A DNA stretch of 36,040 bases from a virus. Lineage: Duplodnaviria > Caudoviricetes. Positions 34,408 to 36,040 of this stretch are shown one piece after another. Every line of letters begins with the position of its first letter. Within the stretch, counting starts at the first letter, position 1. The position numbers and the translations under genes were made by a program. The notes beneath the pieces were generated by a model. The model saw nothing but the letters and a program-made list of their open reading frames with translations, made no database searches and was not told the DNA's origin. The stretch covers positions 1 through 36,040 of IMG/VR virus record IMGVR_UViG_3300012346_000301; one strand, 5' to 3'.

Positions 34408-34667
34408 TTTATATAAGTGTTTATAACAGGCTTTAAAACCTCTGTAATCTTCAAACCAACTGGGTACGCTCCTAAAGTAACCGCACCTAATAGAACATAA
34501 AATGCCCTATCAATTTTCTTTAACCGTTTTTCAATGTTAGTAACTCTTTTTATTACTCCATCTTCGTTGAATTTATCCCCTAACAAAGCATCTTCAATAC
34601 GATTTACCGTAGAATTTAAGGCTATTAACCCCTCGTTTAGCTTCATTAATTCTTCTTTCTCGGTCAT
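34404..34667 (-). CDS. Holin/antiholin-like protein (coiled coil plus C-terminal TM)
   Basis: IEDALLGD..N.DGVIKRV..IE followed by one TM segment. First gene of the lysis cassette. Confidence 0.55.
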   Translation of the reverse strand: MTEKEELMKLNEGLIALNSTVNRIEDALLGDKFNEDGVIKRVTNIEKRLKKIDRAFYVLLGAVTLGAYPVGLKITEVLKPVINTYIK

Positions 34668-34671
34668 AATA

Positions 34672-34686
34672 CAAATATACTAAATA
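34672..34686 (-). promoter_or_regulatory. Late promoter (half palindrome) for the lysis cassette; probably leaderless
   Basis: TTTAG-TATATTTG-TATT-ATG on the minus strand. Confidence 0.6.
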
Positions 34687-34697
34687 ATTATTATTTT

Positions 34698-36040
34698 TTA
34701 AGGCGTTTCTCCATCTGTTCTATCCTGATTTACAGAATTAGAACCTGTTGAACTTGGAAGTATTGTAGAACCATAAGAAGTACTACCTATATTCCCAAAC
34801 CCTACAAATTCCTTATTTGCCACATCTTCAATAATAGTTACATTTGTCGTACTGTTTCTGTAATCAAACTTAGCTTCTAACATCATAAACTTAGCGTTTT
34901 CCACGTTAAATTCAGCTAAGAAATCAGAACCGCAATTAGAAGTTTCAACCGTTCCTGAATCTGCCTGTACTCTCCTTTCAAAATTATCCGATATTACAAT
35001 ATTTGCAGATTTTTTATTAGCACCTTGCACCTCGAATAATTTAAGGTAGCTTATATCCTCTCCATATACGTTACCTGTTATTTTTCTACGTGGTTGATTA
35101 ATATGGTTTAATACATTATAACAAACTAAAGCAGATAAATAATTGTTATTAACCTCCCCTGAATCGTAAGTATTTTGCCATAAATCAGCAGTACCTACTA
35201 AGTATTCAGGCGTTCCAATTTTAACCCCTATTGCACACTCATTAAAATACCAGTAATAATCATCTGCTATACTACCATATAAATTACCAAACATACTATT
35301 TAAGGTAAGTTTTCTATTTAGGTCTATATCACTATCTGTGCGTTCTCCTATTATAGCTATATAACTAAACTTATCTACCGAAAATCCATACCCACCCGCT
35401 ATAATTGGGATTAAGCAAAATTTAGCATTGTCTATTGTATAGTATTGACCTGTACCACCTGTATTATATCTATATTTTAAAAATCTTAAAGAAGTATAAT
35501 CGTATAAATCAGTCGCAGCAGTTAAACATTTAACTCTTAATATACCCGCCGTTTTAGGTGCAAAGACTGGTATTCTACCTTGACCACCTACATTCCAAAC
35601 ACCACCCAAAGAAATATTAGTAGCATTGGATAAATCAAATTTTAATAAACCTCCACTAAGGTTATTTGCTATCTGAAAATTATAACCCTCTAAAGCACCC
35701 CCAACGGTATTAAATGTACTATCTTTAATATAACTTGTAAACTCTACATAAAAAGAAGTTTGGTCGCCAAAATCTAAACCCTCTAAAGGCGTATCTACAT
35801 AGCTAATTTCTTGATATAAATAGTTAGAAATATCTATACTTGCACTATTTAACTCAGAGTTATCATTTTTAACCATTTGTTTATCGTAAATTACTCCTAA
35901 TTTAGCGTAAGCGTCATTCTCAATAGTAACAGGGAAAGTACCCTGTATATCCCATCCATCAGGCGGATTATCGTTTGTGCTTTCTTGGAATGAATAATTT
36001 TTAAGTAAGTTTTTAGGCTTATACTTATGCACCATTTCAA
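34698..36040 (-). CDS. Tail protein, C-terminal part (joined to 1..940; about 760 aa in total)
   Basis: In frame with the ORF leaving position 1. NLLKNYSFQ...PDGW resembles the start of a carbohydrate-binding domain. Confidence 0.75.
   Translation of the reverse strand, partial: EMVHKYKPKNLLKNYSFQESTNDNPPDGWDIQGTFPVTIENDAYAKLGVIYDKQMVKNDNSELNSASIDISNYLYQEISYVDTPLEGLDFGDQTSFYVEFTSYIKDSTFNTVGGALEGYNFQIANNLSGGLLKFDLSNATNISLGGVWNVGGQGRIPVFAPKTAGILRVKCLTAATDLYDYTSLRFLKYRYNTGGTGQYYTIDNAKFCLIPIIAGGYGFSVDKFSYIAIIGERTDSDIDLNRKLTLNSMFGNLYGSIADDYYWYFNECAIGVKIGTPEYLVGTADLWQNTYDSGEVNNNYLSALVCYNVLNHINQPRRKITGNVYGEDISYLKLFEVQGANKKSANIVISDNFERRVQADSGTVETSNCGSDFLAEFNVENAKFMMLEAKFDYRNSTTNVTIIEDVANKEFVGFGNIGSTSYGSTILPSSTGSNSVNQDRTDGETP
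34908..34982. repeat. 75-bp dispersed repeat, copy 2
   Basis: Matches 5986..6060. Confidence 0.8.

Noticed and set aside
5986-34982. 75-bp repeat pair as a diversity-generating retroelement TR/VR
   Set aside because: There is no reverse transcriptase, mismatches are not adenine-specific, and both copies are coding.
1-36040. Alternative genetic code (stop-codon reassignment as in some Bacteroidota phages)
   Set aside because: Genes are full length under the standard code, and TAA, TAG and TGA all terminate genes at tight junctions.

Overview
Apparently complete, circularly permuted ~36 kb genome of an AT-rich HK97-fold siphovirus infecting a Bacteroidota host. Host assignment rests on TAnnTTTG -7 promoter boxes, A-rich translation starts without Shine-Dalgarno sites, and Bacteroidota-phage-type tail proteins. 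A tail protein ORF runs off position 1 and continues in frame at position 36040. Most genes are on the minus strand. Late region: terS, terL, a fibre-like cassette, portal, minor head protein, protease, capsid, head spike, connectors, two tail-tube paralogs, frameshifted chaperones, tape measure, tail protein, lysis cassette. Early/middle region: SNF2-methyltransferase fusion, ERF, SSB-like, tandem DnaA-C protein, lipase, C5 methyltransferase, NinG, DUF3310, metallophosphoesterase. I saw no integrase, CI-like repressor, DNA polymerase, tRNA or CRISPR array. Most notable: (1) five copies of a Fur-box-like 19-bp palindrome, each exactly 34 bp upstream of a -7 box of a non-structural operon; (2) a second palindrome fused to or near late promoters; (3) an intact class-3 lipase plus a catalytically dead paralog; (4) a ~630-bp ORF-poor control region with three candidate RNAs; (5) a 25-aa module shared by the head-closure and tail proteins; (6) apparent absence of GATC. 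All family assignments are from motif recognition, not database searches.
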